Shown: in pieces, positions 25,935-35,772 of the stretch | How the letters are laid out: each line of letters starts with the position of its first letter | How positions within the stretch are numbered: the first letter of the stretch is position 1 | Origin: a virus | Lineage: Duplodnaviria > Caudoviricetes | Strand: one strand, 5' to 3' | DNA: 60,531 nucleotides | IMG/VR virus record: IMGVR_UViG_3300040979_000011 | Span: 1-60,531 of that record | Made by a program: the position numbers and the translations under genes | Notes under the pieces: generated by a model | Seen by the model: only the letters and a program-made list of their open reading frames with translations | Databases searched by the model: none | What the model was told of the DNA's origin: nothing

Positions 25935-27758
25935 ATGGGAGCGCAGTCCTACAAAATTCTCATGGACGGCCAATGGTCGGGCGGGGTCGACAGTTATCTT
26001 TACCCGACCGATCTGGTTCAGGGCACTTACGCCTGGGCAGTTAACGCTGTTAACCGTGGCGGTGTAGTTCAGACCCGGCCGGCCAAACGTCGGGTCAAGA
26101 GTTTTTGTGGCCATCGGGCACAAGGTCACTTCTGGGTGCGGACAATGGATGACCGCAACTACGAACTGGTGGCGATCGACGGCAAAGTCTACTGGTCGCC
26201 CTTTCCTTTTACTGACTGGACACCGATGGAAGGCGTTAACCTTCGTCCTGATGCCGAGCGGATCTGGTTCTGTAACGCCGAACAGGCAATCCAGTACGAT
26301 AGCAGCAATTTTATTACTACGATCGAGCCGAAGAACGTCGTCTTCATGCAGGACGGCTCGAGCCTTCCCTGTTACTGGGATACGAGCGATTTTTCCAGCG
26401 GCGTCGTCAACCTGAATTATGTCACCGGCGAACCAGCAAAGCCGATGCCGACCGGCACGGCCATGCTCTGGCAAGACAACCGCCTCTGGTTAGTGATCGG
26501 TAACTTGGTGTTCGCTTCCGATCTGCTTTATCCGCAGAGTTTCAGTGAAGAGACGTATTTGGCCGAACAGACGGGTTTCCGTTTCCCACGGCCGGTAGTC
26601 AATCTCTGGCCTTCACCGGTCCAAGGCATCCTGGTCTTGACCAACTCGAGTATGCATTCGCTCCAGAGTCAGGTTCAGGACCGCACCCAGTGGCAAACTA
26701 CGCCCAATTTCCAGGCCGACGTTAACCTGGAAGTAGGACTAATCGCGCCATTTGCTATCGCTAATTTGCACGGGATGCCATGGATTCTCACCGCGCGCGG
26801 GCTGATCAGCTACGACCGCGCTCTGACACAAAACTTGAGCACCGTTCTGCTCACGGTCGACGCTGAGATGCAGCGGAGCAAAAACTTAATTGCGCCCGAT
26901 GTGACTCATGCGGCAATCGGCTTCTGGGAAAATGTGCTGATGGTGGCGATGCCCGCCAGCTCGCCCTTTAACCGGCACACATGGATCATGGACGGCGGCA
27001 TAGCCGAAAAACTCAATAACACTCAAGGGATGTGCTGGGTGGGAATCTGGACTGGCAGCTATCCGGTACAGTTTACTTCTCCGATCATTAATGGAACCCA
27101 GCACAACTATGAATTGGCTTACTCGAGCGGCTTTCTGTCGCTCAACTACGGCGATAGTCCATCGCCACAGCCTGAGACCACGATGCCGCCGCAGGCCTAC
27201 ATCCACTTGTACGAGAACTATACGCCTAATCAGTTCCAGGATGTTGAAAACCCGATTCATTGCTCGCTAGAGACCAAAGCTTTCACGCTGGAGACCGACG
27301 ATTACTACCGGTTTGTCTTTGCCGAGTTCATGCTTGTCAACCTCAAAGGCATTGTGCCGGTCCAGGTCTACGTGACTGGGCTGGGTGGCAATTACCAAAA
27401 GCTCTTTTCTACGACTTTGCGTGCCGACGTTGGCCCTTGGGGTAACCCCAGCCAGGACACCAAGCTCTATTATGTGGCTGAGGGTAAGACGACCCGGTTC
27501 GAGAACTATCGTCGGCAGGTCCGGCACATGCGGACCCAGGAATTTATCGTACACGAGAGCGCCGATGAAGCCGCCTGCCTCGAGATCGGGCGCTTGGACG
27601 GAGTCGATAAAGGTTTCCAGCTCATGATCCAGTGGCAAGGCCGGATGGGTGTGCGCGCGATCAAATTCTTCTACGACCGGCAGCTCCAGAGTCCGCAAGG
27701 GACTTGTCCGACTGATGAAACTCAAAGCCAGCACATCGTGCTCGAAGCAACTGCATGA
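25935..27758 (+). CDS. Tail tubular B / DNA stabilisation-like protein
   Basis: 607-aa beta-rich protein (W.GG.D...AVNAVNRGG) after the adaptor, podovirus-like gene order. Confidence 0.6.
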   Translation: MGAQSYKILMDGQWSGGVDSYLYPTDLVQGTYAWAVNAVNRGGVVQTRPAKRRVKSFCGHRAQGHFWVRTMDDRNYELVAIDGKVYWSPFPFTDWTPMEGVNLRPDAERIWFCNAEQAIQYDSSNFITTIEPKNVVFMQDGSSLPCYWDTSDFSSGVVNLNYVTGEPAKPMPTGTAMLWQDNRLWLVIGNLVFASDLLYPQSFSEETYLAEQTGFRFPRPVVNLWPSPVQGILVLTNSSMHSLQSQVQDRTQWQTTPNFQADVNLEVGLIAPFAIANLHGMPWILTARGLISYDRALTQNLSTVLLTVDAEMQRSKNLIAPDVTHAAIGFWENVLMVAMPASSPFNRHTWIMDGGIAEKLNNTQGMCWVGIWTGSYPVQFTSPIINGTQHNYELAYSSGFLSLNYGDSPSPQPETTMPPQAYIHLYENYTPNQFQDVENPIHCSLETKAFTLETDDYYRFVFAEFMLVNLKGIVPVQVYVTGLGGNYQKLFSTTLRADVGPWGNPSQDTKLYYVAEGKTTRFENYRRQVRHMRTQEFIVHESADEAACLEIGRLDGVDKGFQLMIQWQGRMGVRAIKFFYDRQLQSPQGTCPTDETQSQHIVLEATA

Positions 27759-27955
27759 AACCGAAGACAACGCCGCCGCCACAGCCTAATTCCCAGGTCC
27801 CGATCGGGCTCGCCCCTCAGACCGGTATGCCCGCGATTTATTCGAGCCGATCACGCGAGCTGCTTTACGACACGCTCATGCACGAGCCGCTTTTTGTGAT
27901 GAACCCATTTGGGCCTCAGGTCTTACCTGCTTCACGTAAAAACCATCACTGGTAA
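27755..27955 (+). CDS. Hypothetical protein
   Basis: Coupled to both neighbours. Confidence 0.5.
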   Translation: MKPKTTPPPQPNSQVPIGLAPQTGMPAIYSSRSRELLYDTLMHEPLFVMNPFGPQVLPASRKNHHW

Positions 27956-29452
27956 ATGCCCCAACAACAGATACCGCTGACGATTGCGATTGCGCCCTTC
28001 CCGGAAGGTTTCCAGGGCGACATGGACGAGACCTTCCAACAGGCCGTCCAGAACATGGAGGCCTATATCGAAGGCAACTTCCTGACTGGATTGATCCTGC
28101 CAGCTGGTTCGACCTTACCTACGACTGATCAAGGCCCCGTCGCGATGGGCGATCAATGGTACTTCTGGAATGACGCTACCCAGAGCTACCAGCCGCAAAC
28201 GGTATCGACCAAGGTAGCGACTAACTTCGCGAAGAATTCTGCTTATCAAGTCCAGCAGACTGGTGCCGCTTTTAATCCGCCCAACGGAGTCAGCAAGACC
28301 TATGATCTGACACTGTTCCGCAATACTCAGGCTGCAGGGTTTGTGGCTATTAATGCCGATACCGGGCCGATAGCTGGAGCTGACAACGATCCCATTCCGT
28401 CAGCCATTCGTTATACGGTTGGCCCTTCTCTTTTGCCCAGCCCGGCCGCAACCGATCTAGTAACTCATGAGCATGTTTTTGAAGGGATCGATATCTCGCC
28501 TCTAATCGGACAGGCATTGAGTCTGTCTTTCAGTTTCTGGACCAATACGCCGGGTGATTACTCAGCTTATCTAACCAGTGCCGGGCGCGATGTCTCGATT
28601 GTTCTTCCATTCCAGATCGTTACGCCCGATGTATGGACTCGAATCAAGTTTCCAGGCCTTCCGCCGCTACCCACTGGTCAAGGCACCTGGAACTTTGGTG
28701 AAGGAGTGACCGGACTCTATTTCGGGTTGCCCCTCGCGATCGGCAGTCAATGGCAAACAGCCAGTGCTAATAGCTGGCAGAACCAGTTTGTCGGCGGCAC
28801 TAGCGCCAACATTAATCTGTTATCGATTGCCAACAACCAAATCAAACTCACTGGCCTAAAACTCGAGGCTGCCCCCAGTGTTAGCTATTACTCGATGCCG
28901 GTCTTTGACGCCGATTACTGGCAGGCCACTCGCTATTACTGGACCGGGTTCGGCTACCAGAGTCAGACCCCATCGATTCCAAGCTTTGGCCAATGCCAGC
29001 TTGATGGTCGATGGATGATCGCACAGCTCTTTGCTCATCGGATGTGCAACGCTCCGAATGTCGTGCCCTACAGTTATGTGACTCCGGCTAATCCGGGTTT
29101 CATCAGCGATCTCTCGACGGGCTATGAAATTGCCAAGGCTACCCTGGCAGCCATGCGCAAGGGCATGAATGATTCGGCAACTCTGACGGCCGTTTCTGTT
29201 ACTGGCAATATAACCAGCGGCAGCGCTACGGTTACTGCCGTATCGAGCACAGCCAATCTCAAGGCCCTCATGCCGGTCACTGGAGCTGGGATCCCATTCG
29301 GGACCGTGATCCGTAGCGTGGACTCAGGCACTCAAATCACCTTAAGCCAAGCCGCAGGGACTACCGCGACCGCCGTTGCTCTCACCGTTAACCAGACCCG
29401 CCGGGGCGATACCCTGGCCTGTTACCTCGTTGCCGATGCACGCCTTAGCTGA
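27956..29452 (+). CDS. Tail-associated protein with carbohydrate-binding-like domain
   Basis: LSLSFSF...WTRI...LTGLKLE...TRYY motif typical of phage tail proteins. Confidence 0.6.
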   Translation: MPQQQIPLTIAIAPFPEGFQGDMDETFQQAVQNMEAYIEGNFLTGLILPAGSTLPTTDQGPVAMGDQWYFWNDATQSYQPQTVSTKVATNFAKNSAYQVQQTGAAFNPPNGVSKTYDLTLFRNTQAAGFVAINADTGPIAGADNDPIPSAIRYTVGPSLLPSPAATDLVTHEHVFEGIDISPLIGQALSLSFSFWTNTPGDYSAYLTSAGRDVSIVLPFQIVTPDVWTRIKFPGLPPLPTGQGTWNFGEGVTGLYFGLPLAIGSQWQTASANSWQNQFVGGTSANINLLSIANNQIKLTGLKLEAAPSVSYYSMPVFDADYWQATRYYWTGFGYQSQTPSIPSFGQCQLDGRWMIAQLFAHRMCNAPNVVPYSYVTPANPGFISDLSTGYEIAKATLAAMRKGMNDSATLTAVSVTGNITSGSATVTAVSSTANLKALMPVTGAGIPFGTVIRSVDSGTQITLSQAAGTTATAVALTVNQTRRGDTLACYLVADARLS

Positions 29453-29468
29453 ACCAGACAAAAGCGGT

Positions 29469-29843
29469 ATGTCGCTCATCCAGATCAATAACGAACGCGA
29501 GATCGCTCAATTCGGTATTGACCGAATTGCCGAACAGCTGTGGGGCGGCCAGGTTAGTCGCCAGTTCCCGATCTATCTGGTGCTGCATAAGGGACGAGTC
29601 TGCGGCTTTTTCCAAGCAATCCAGCAGACCTGTATCTACCCGGCGCTGCATCCTGAGATGATGTCCTCACGGGAGTTCGTGAAGGTCGCCAAGAGCTTGG
29701 CCACCGAATTGAAGCGGCACATCGGCAACCCAGTTTTCATGCTCTGCAAAAAGGCAACCGAGATAGGACCCAAAGGTATGCGAATGGTGCGACTCAAGAA
29801 AGCGCCCGAAGAGGCCTACATCTACACCGAGGAGGCTGGTTAA
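29469..29843 (+). CDS. Hypothetical protein
   Basis: Start probably MSLIQIN; position typical of small genes preceding ejection proteins. Confidence 0.5.
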   Translation: MSLIQINNEREIAQFGIDRIAEQLWGGQVSRQFPIYLVLHKGRVCGFFQAIQQTCIYPALHPEMMSSREFVKVAKSLATELKRHIGNPVFMLCKKATEIGPKGMRMVRLKKAPEEAYIYTEEAG

Positions 29844-29844
29844 T

Positions 29845-31296
29845 ATGGGCGGCGGCGGTGGTGGCGGCGGCTCTACTCAATTCAGGGCTCAGGGAGCGCC
29901 CCCGAGCTTTACCTATCTTACGCCCGAGAGCCTTCAGCAGATGGCGGTCGGTGGCGATATCCAATCCTACGCGCTGAGCGATCGGGATTTCGCTAACCGT
30001 TACCCTTCATTACAGAGCGCCTACGATCAGTACCAAGCTAACCTTGGCCAGCAGGTTGGGATCGTCGGCCAGGGCCAAGTTGGGCAAGGGGCTTTGATGC
30101 AGGGCCTGGGCGGCCAGATCGCCGGACGCTGGGCTACACCAACCACCAGCGACATCACCGGGATCCGTAACGCGGCGGCCACTGCCGCGCAGGCGACTCA
30201 ACCAATCTATTCGCTGGGCCAATCCCAGGCCGGGTTAGCTCAACCACTGATTGGTCTTGGTCAGCAGCAGGCCGGGATCGGACAGGGTATCGCCGGGCTC
30301 GGCAGCCAATTAGCCGGTAGATCTCAGGTTCCCTGGCAGACCGGGATGAACCTGCTCAATGCGCCGATTGATCCGCAGGTCCAGCAGCAAATGATGCGCG
30401 CTGGCTTGGGCACGACTGCCGGCGCGCTTGGCGCAGCTTCGCTGGGTCAAGGTATGGCCGGGCAGGCTGCTGCCGCCCGACAGTTGGGCTTGAACACGAT
30501 GCAGTACGGCCAACAACGGCGTGCCGAGGCCATGCAGGACATCAACCAGTATGCCTCGATGCTCGGGCAGGCCGGTCAATTGCGAGGTCTAGGCGCGCAG
30601 ACGATCGGTGCCGGTGGCCAGACCATCGGGTTGGGTGGTCAGCAGCTGCAACAGGGTGCGCAAACCTATGCGCTCGGTGGCCAGAGCGCTGCGGTCGCGG
30701 GCGGCCTTTCGCAAGCGGCTCAAACTGCTCAGGAGCAGTACGGCATGGATACCGCTCAAATGGCCCAGATTTATGGCGGGCTCCAGGGCCAGCAAGCGCA
30801 GAACCTCCTTGGTTCTATTGCCAATGCGGGCCAGCAGTTTGCTAAACGTCCATTCGGCCTGGGCGGCACCAATATCGCCCAGGCCGAGCTGGGCCAGATC
30901 GGAGCCTACAATTCGTTCCAACAGGCCAACTATGCGACGATGAACGGCATTGCCTTCAACGCCGCTCAGATGAACGCTCAGCAGCAGCAGCTCCAGGCCC
31001 AGCAGAGTGCCGGTATGGCCAGTGCCGCAGTTGGTGTGGGAACGAGTGCTGCAACGACCGGCGCGACCATTGCCGCCCTGAGCTGCTGGGTGGCGCGCGC
31101 AGTTTACGGCGAGGGCCACCAGATGCGTACTTTCCGTCATTGGCTTTTAAACAAAGCGCCCAGAATCATTCGTCGGACCTACCTGCGTCACGGCAAAACT
31201 TTTGCCGAGATAGTGCGCGCTCACAAAGTTGTCCGAGCCATGGTCAAACTTTTGATGGATCCTGTCATCGAAAGGACCGTCTATGTCAGACTCTGA
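29845..31296 (+). CDS. Gly/Gln/Ala-rich internal virion (ejection) protein with C-terminal CWVARAVYG domain
   Basis: MGGGGGGG start, low complexity, C-terminal SCWVARAVYG...FRHWL...Y..HG. Confidence 0.7.
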   Translation: MGGGGGGGGSTQFRAQGAPPSFTYLTPESLQQMAVGGDIQSYALSDRDFANRYPSLQSAYDQYQANLGQQVGIVGQGQVGQGALMQGLGGQIAGRWATPTTSDITGIRNAAATAAQATQPIYSLGQSQAGLAQPLIGLGQQQAGIGQGIAGLGSQLAGRSQVPWQTGMNLLNAPIDPQVQQQMMRAGLGTTAGALGAASLGQGMAGQAAAARQLGLNTMQYGQQRRAEAMQDINQYASMLGQAGQLRGLGAQTIGAGGQTIGLGGQQLQQGAQTYALGGQSAAVAGGLSQAAQTAQEQYGMDTAQMAQIYGGLQGQQAQNLLGSIANAGQQFAKRPFGLGGTNIAQAELGQIGAYNSFQQANYATMNGIAFNAAQMNAQQQQLQAQQSAGMASAAVGVGTSAATTGATIAALSCWVARAVYGEGHQMRTFRHWLLNKAPRIIRRTYLRHGKTFAEIVRAHKVVRAMVKLLMDPVIERTVYVRL

Positions 31297-32554
31297 AACC
31301 AAAACTCGTTCCCAAATTCGCGCTGAGACCGCCCAAGCGATCAACAGTCTTTCCAGGGCTGAGCTGCTCAAGAACTTTGCCATCTCACGCGTAGCGGAAC
31401 TGACCGGCCTGGACTCGATCGGCGTGCCCGTCTTTACTTGTGTCCGGGCCCTTTCTGACACGATCAGCATCCACGGCGGCAAAGGTCTGGAACGAGATTA
31501 TGCGCGCTGCGGCGCGATTCTTGAGGGCATTGAATTTGAAGCGGCTGAACATCCGCAAGGCGATTTCATCGTTGGACGACCAACTGATATCCCGGCCGAG
31601 GATCGACTCGCGATTGAGGATTGTTTTCCAACCAGAGCCAGCACATTCAATGATTTCACTCAGCTAGCCTGGGAAGAGGTGACCAACGCCCAGAACGGTA
31701 AAAGCACTCTTATACCCAGTGACCTGATCTGGATGACGTCAAGGTTAAAGAACCAGCCGCTAATGTTTGTCCAGATGGGCTCCAATGGCCTTGCCAGTGG
31801 CGGCACCAAGGAAGACGCGATTTTAAGTGGGCTTTATGAGATCATCGAACGCGATGCCTGGACCTTGAATCAGTTCCTGTTGGATAACTGTGGGGTCTTA
31901 CCAACGCGCAGCCCGCTGATTAACTTGAGCGAGCGCATGGAAGGTCTCGTGCGCAAAATCGAGGCAGCTAAAGTTAAGCTCTACCTCTTTGATATCACGA
32001 CCGACGATTTTCGGGTGCCGGTCTTTAGCGCCATTCTGTTGGACTTGAGCGGCCATGTGGCTGGCACCTTTGGCGGATTCGGTTGTCACCTTAATGCCGA
32101 GGTCGCGGCTATCCGCGCCATCACTGAAGCGGTTCAGGCGCGTGCCTGTTACATCTCGGGCGCGCGCGATGATCTGTTCCGGCGGCAGTTCCTTCTCATG
32201 AAACACATGGATCAGCACAAGCTGGATTCGATGTTCAGCGAGCTGCCGGTTGGTAGTCCACTCAGCGATTATCGGGTAACCAAGTTTCCCGATATCCGCA
32301 CCGAACTTCGTTACCTGCTCAAATTGATCCGGCAATCGGGCGTTTCGGAGGTCTTTGTTAAACCGATGGGTGTCTTTCTGGACGGCGCGGTCCATGTAGT
32401 CAGAGTCTTCAGTCCCCAATGCGAGCCTTTCCGATTCGACCACTGGACTCCCGGTTTGCGCTGCCTCTCTTACGCCACGCGCAAGATGGAAACCTTGGCT
32501 GAGAAAGCGCCACCAGCCAATAACGAGGAGGGCGAACAATGGAAAAAGGAATGA
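31283..32554 (+). CDS. ycaO: YcaO-family ATP-dependent backbone-modifying enzyme
   Basis: TGLDSIGVPV, GKG, EGIE, SNGLASG, EIIERDA, GFGCH, RAITEAVQAR, ISGARDD motifs. Confidence 0.95.
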   Translation: MSDSETKTRSQIRAETAQAINSLSRAELLKNFAISRVAELTGLDSIGVPVFTCVRALSDTISIHGGKGLERDYARCGAILEGIEFEAAEHPQGDFIVGRPTDIPAEDRLAIEDCFPTRASTFNDFTQLAWEEVTNAQNGKSTLIPSDLIWMTSRLKNQPLMFVQMGSNGLASGGTKEDAILSGLYEIIERDAWTLNQFLLDNCGVLPTRSPLINLSERMEGLVRKIEAAKVKLYLFDITTDDFRVPVFSAILLDLSGHVAGTFGGFGCHLNAEVAAIRAITEAVQARACYISGARDDLFRRQFLLMKHMDQHKLDSMFSELPVGSPLSDYRVTKFPDIRTELRYLLKLIRQSGVSEVFVKPMGVFLDGAVHVVRVFSPQCEPFRFDHWTPGLRCLSYATRKMETLAEKAPPANNEEGEQWKKE

Positions 32555-33879
32555 TCCTCGTTTATCTGGGTCCGAGTCTGCCGGTAGCTAAGGCACGCGA
32601 GATTTTACCCAATGCCATTTACCGGCCGCCCGCGCGCCAGGGCGACATTGTCACCGATGTTGTCACCTACTCTCCCTCGAGAATCATCCTAATTGACGGC
32701 GAATTTCGGCAGAATTTGTCAGTCTGGCACAAGGAGCTGGTTTACGCCCTCCAATACCCTGGGATCGAAGCTATTTACGGTGCCAGCTCGATTGGTGCCT
32801 TGCGAGCGGCTGAACTGGATTACCTCGGCATGATCGGCATCGGCCAGATCTACGAATGGTACCGGGACGGAGTGACCGAAGACGATAGCGAGGTAGCTCT
32901 TTCCTATGCGGCTCGCGATTCACTCGATGGGCCAGTCTATTTCCCTTCGACGGTACCGTTAGTTAACATTCGGGCTGCGGTTGAGCATTATGAGCGGGAA
33001 TTCCCGGGCGAACCGGTCGCGATCGCCGCCAGAGAGTTCTTGGAAAGCGCACGCAAAATCTTTTACATGGACCGAACTCCGCAAATCTGCGACCAGCTTT
33101 GGGAAGCGCGTTTCGGAATCAGTTTTCCTTCGATCGATCAGAAACGAATCGATGCGGTTCATGCGCTGACGGATTTCTCCACCTATCAGCCCAAAATAGT
33201 CGAAACGCCTAAGCCGGAATACCTCTCGGGGTTTTTCCAGGCTCTTTACGACCGGGACCGGCGAATCAATGTAAACGGCACCCCGGTCCCACAGCAGCAC
33301 ATCGATTCCTACGTGCTCTTACACAACCCGGAATGGGAACGGATCTGTTGGGATAGCGCTAACCAAGAGTTGGCGCTGATGCTCTGTAATCTCTTTAGCG
33401 TCACCGTATCGATCGAAGAGATCGGCCGGGAAAGCGCACGTTTTCAGAAAAAGAGCGAGATCGTTACCGAGGCCGATTTCCACGCCTTCTTAGAAAACAA
33501 CGGCTGGAGCGTGCCCGAATACGATCGGTTGATGATTCAGAATGCGCGGATTCGCAAACTTCAGCACCACATAACTGTTAGCAAAGGCTATCAGCGCAAC
33601 ACGCGCTCAATAATCGATTATCTGCGTACCCATCAGGCCTTTGATTACTGGGCGGTTCAAGCCGCACGCGAGGAAGAGAAACTCAAAAGCTCGGGCGTGG
33701 ACGATTGGCTCACGATTAATCTGGAGAAAACTGCGCTCGACCAGTTGGCTGAACACTTTGAAAAGGAGGGACTAGAACTCAAAAGCACACCCGAAGAATA
33801 CCTGTTGGAAACCGGATTCTCGAATTTTACCGAGCTGAGTGTAGCGCTACAACGCACCGCTGCAGCTGGGGAGGAATGA
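32551..33879 (+). CDS. tfuA: TfuA-like protein with C-terminal extension
   Basis: VYLGPSL, PPARQGD, IDGEF, VWHKE, GASSIGALRAAEL, GMIGIG, DDSEVAL motifs. Confidence 0.95.
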   Translation: MILVYLGPSLPVAKAREILPNAIYRPPARQGDIVTDVVTYSPSRIILIDGEFRQNLSVWHKELVYALQYPGIEAIYGASSIGALRAAELDYLGMIGIGQIYEWYRDGVTEDDSEVALSYAARDSLDGPVYFPSTVPLVNIRAAVEHYEREFPGEPVAIAAREFLESARKIFYMDRTPQICDQLWEARFGISFPSIDQKRIDAVHALTDFSTYQPKIVETPKPEYLSGFFQALYDRDRRINVNGTPVPQQHIDSYVLLHNPEWERICWDSANQELALMLCNLFSVTVSIEEIGRESARFQKKSEIVTEADFHAFLENNGWSVPEYDRLMIQNARIRKLQHHITVSKGYQRNTRSIIDYLRTHQAFDYWAVQAAREEEKLKSSGVDDWLTINLEKTALDQLAEHFEKEGLELKSTPEEYLLETGFSNFTELSVALQRTAAAGEE

Positions 33880-33883
33880 AACT

Positions 33884-35761
33884 ATGGCCACCGAAGCGAG
33901 TTGGGGCAATCTAAAAAACGTCTTTGGCTTAGACGATACTCAAATCCAGTCACTGCAAAAAGCTGGCTATACCGCTGATCAGGCGACCCAGCTTATGAAT
34001 TTGTCGGTAGGCGGCGGCGGCACAGCGACAACTGGCACCGGCGGCAGCAGCACGCGCAGTTACGCTACTCTTCCCACCATCGGCGGCAGCGGCCTTACGC
34101 CCAGTATGCTGGCTACTTTAGCCACTTTGCTTGGGAGAGGCGGCGGCGGGAATCAAGCTCAAGCTCAAGCCGGCCCGCGAATTGTTAGCGGCATTGGCGC
34201 GCCCGATAACCCGCAGGTGGCTGGCCAAGGCGCTCAAGGCGGCAACCAACTGGCTAGTAACCTCAGTGGTCAAGGCAACCAACTGATTACTGGCGGCAGT
34301 CAAGTCGGCGGCGGTCCAGGCGGCACTCAACAGGTTACTGGCGGCGCGATTGACCCTAATCAGGTAATGATCAATCTGGGTGCGCGGGCGCTAAACGAGC
34401 GCGCCGTTTATCCGCCGACACCGGGTCCAGCCGATCCGACCAGTGGTGTTTCAAGCGGTATCGGGCAGTCTAGCGCAACTGGAGCCACTCCCACTGTTGT
34501 TACGGCTGGCGTGCCAACGGCCCGGAATGTCGGACTAGCAGGCAGAAACCTTGGACCCTGGGCAACTACGCCGGGCGTTTTTACTAGGGTTCAAGCCCTG
34601 CAGCCATCGACCCCAATCGGCACGAGCCCTTTTACGCCCACGCCTCAAGCGACCGGGACTCAAGTCGCTCGGCCGCAGCCTTGGGCCACAGCGCCACCGG
34701 CTCCAGGAGTTAACGTCCAGGGAGTGGTGCCACCAGCTGCCCCCGGTGTAGCTCCTTCAGGTCAGGTTCCAACTCAGCCTGGATTCGATGCAGCTCATAA
34801 CTTGGCATTAACTCATGCCGGGATGAGCTTATATGCTCATTACGGTGGCAATCCCTTTTCTGCCAGCCCTGCGGATATCGCTGGCTTTCACGGTGAACTG
34901 CAGGAGGCACTAAAAGGAGGAAAACCCATTAAGATGCGCTCCGGCGGATTAGTGCCCGGTAGCGGAAACAAGGATAACGTTCCAGCACTCCTGACTCCTG
35001 GTGAGTATGTGCTCACTAAAGAGCAGGCAGCGCAACTCTTCGATGGGAGAACCCCGGTTAAAATGCAATCTGGAGGTTCAGTAACCGACGATGATGACCA
35101 ACCGTCTGAGGTTCCGAGGCCTACCCCGGAATCAGATACCGGCGCGGTCACGGCTCAAGGCAAATCCTACCAAGTCACCCCGCCATCAGAAGCTCCCAGA
35201 AGTAGCAGGCAGAAGTCCAGCTCTACCCCGCCAGCCGCTCCAGGTGGCAGTTCCCAAGATTATGCTAACTGGGCTAATCAACCGCAAAATCAGCAACGGC
35301 CTGCAGCCATCTACGATGCCCAGGGCAATGTGTGGGATAGCGATCCAAAATCGATCGCGCAAGATGTCGGCGGCAAAGGCGCGTACATGGGCCCAGGCGG
35401 TGAAGTTTATGATGCCAGTCATAATCTGGTTACTTCCAATGCGGACCTAACCGCGCAAGCCGCTGCTGGCCCAGGCGCAACGATGACTGGCAATCCGATG
35501 ATCGGCGATGGCGCTGGCGGTACCTCGAATGTCGGCAGGAATGTCGGCAGCGCGCTCGGCGGCCTTGCTTCAGCGGTCTCTCAAGCCGCCCAGACTTACG
35601 CTAACTCAATTCAACCCTGGACTTGGCAGAAGTCAGCAATCCCAAATCCGCCGAGTAGTCAAGGGCAACAGCCAGCTGCTCAATTGAGTCAGGTTCGAGC
35701 GCAGCCCAGTAGGCGACAGCAGACGATTTCCCCATTTACCCCTTATTATCCGTACACATAG
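33884..35761 (+). CDS. Gly/Pro-rich internal virion protein
   Basis: SGGLVPGSGNKDNVPALLTPGEYVL motif typical of ejection/tape-measure-like proteins. Confidence 0.7.
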   Translation: MATEASWGNLKNVFGLDDTQIQSLQKAGYTADQATQLMNLSVGGGGTATTGTGGSSTRSYATLPTIGGSGLTPSMLATLATLLGRGGGGNQAQAQAGPRIVSGIGAPDNPQVAGQGAQGGNQLASNLSGQGNQLITGGSQVGGGPGGTQQVTGGAIDPNQVMINLGARALNERAVYPPTPGPADPTSGVSSGIGQSSATGATPTVVTAGVPTARNVGLAGRNLGPWATTPGVFTRVQALQPSTPIGTSPFTPTPQATGTQVARPQPWATAPPAPGVNVQGVVPPAAPGVAPSGQVPTQPGFDAAHNLALTHAGMSLYAHYGGNPFSASPADIAGFHGELQEALKGGKPIKMRSGGLVPGSGNKDNVPALLTPGEYVLTKEQAAQLFDGRTPVKMQSGGSVTDDDDQPSEVPRPTPESDTGAVTAQGKSYQVTPPSEAPRSSRQKSSSTPPAAPGGSSQDYANWANQPQNQQRPAAIYDAQGNVWDSDPKSIAQDVGGKGAYMGPGGEVYDASHNLVTSNADLTAQAAAGPGATMTGNPMIGDGAGGTSNVGRNVGSALGGLASAVSQAAQTYANSIQPWTWQKSAIPNPPSSQGQQPAAQLSQVRAQPSRRQQTISPFTPYYPYT

Positions 35762-35772
35762 CAATTTAACTT

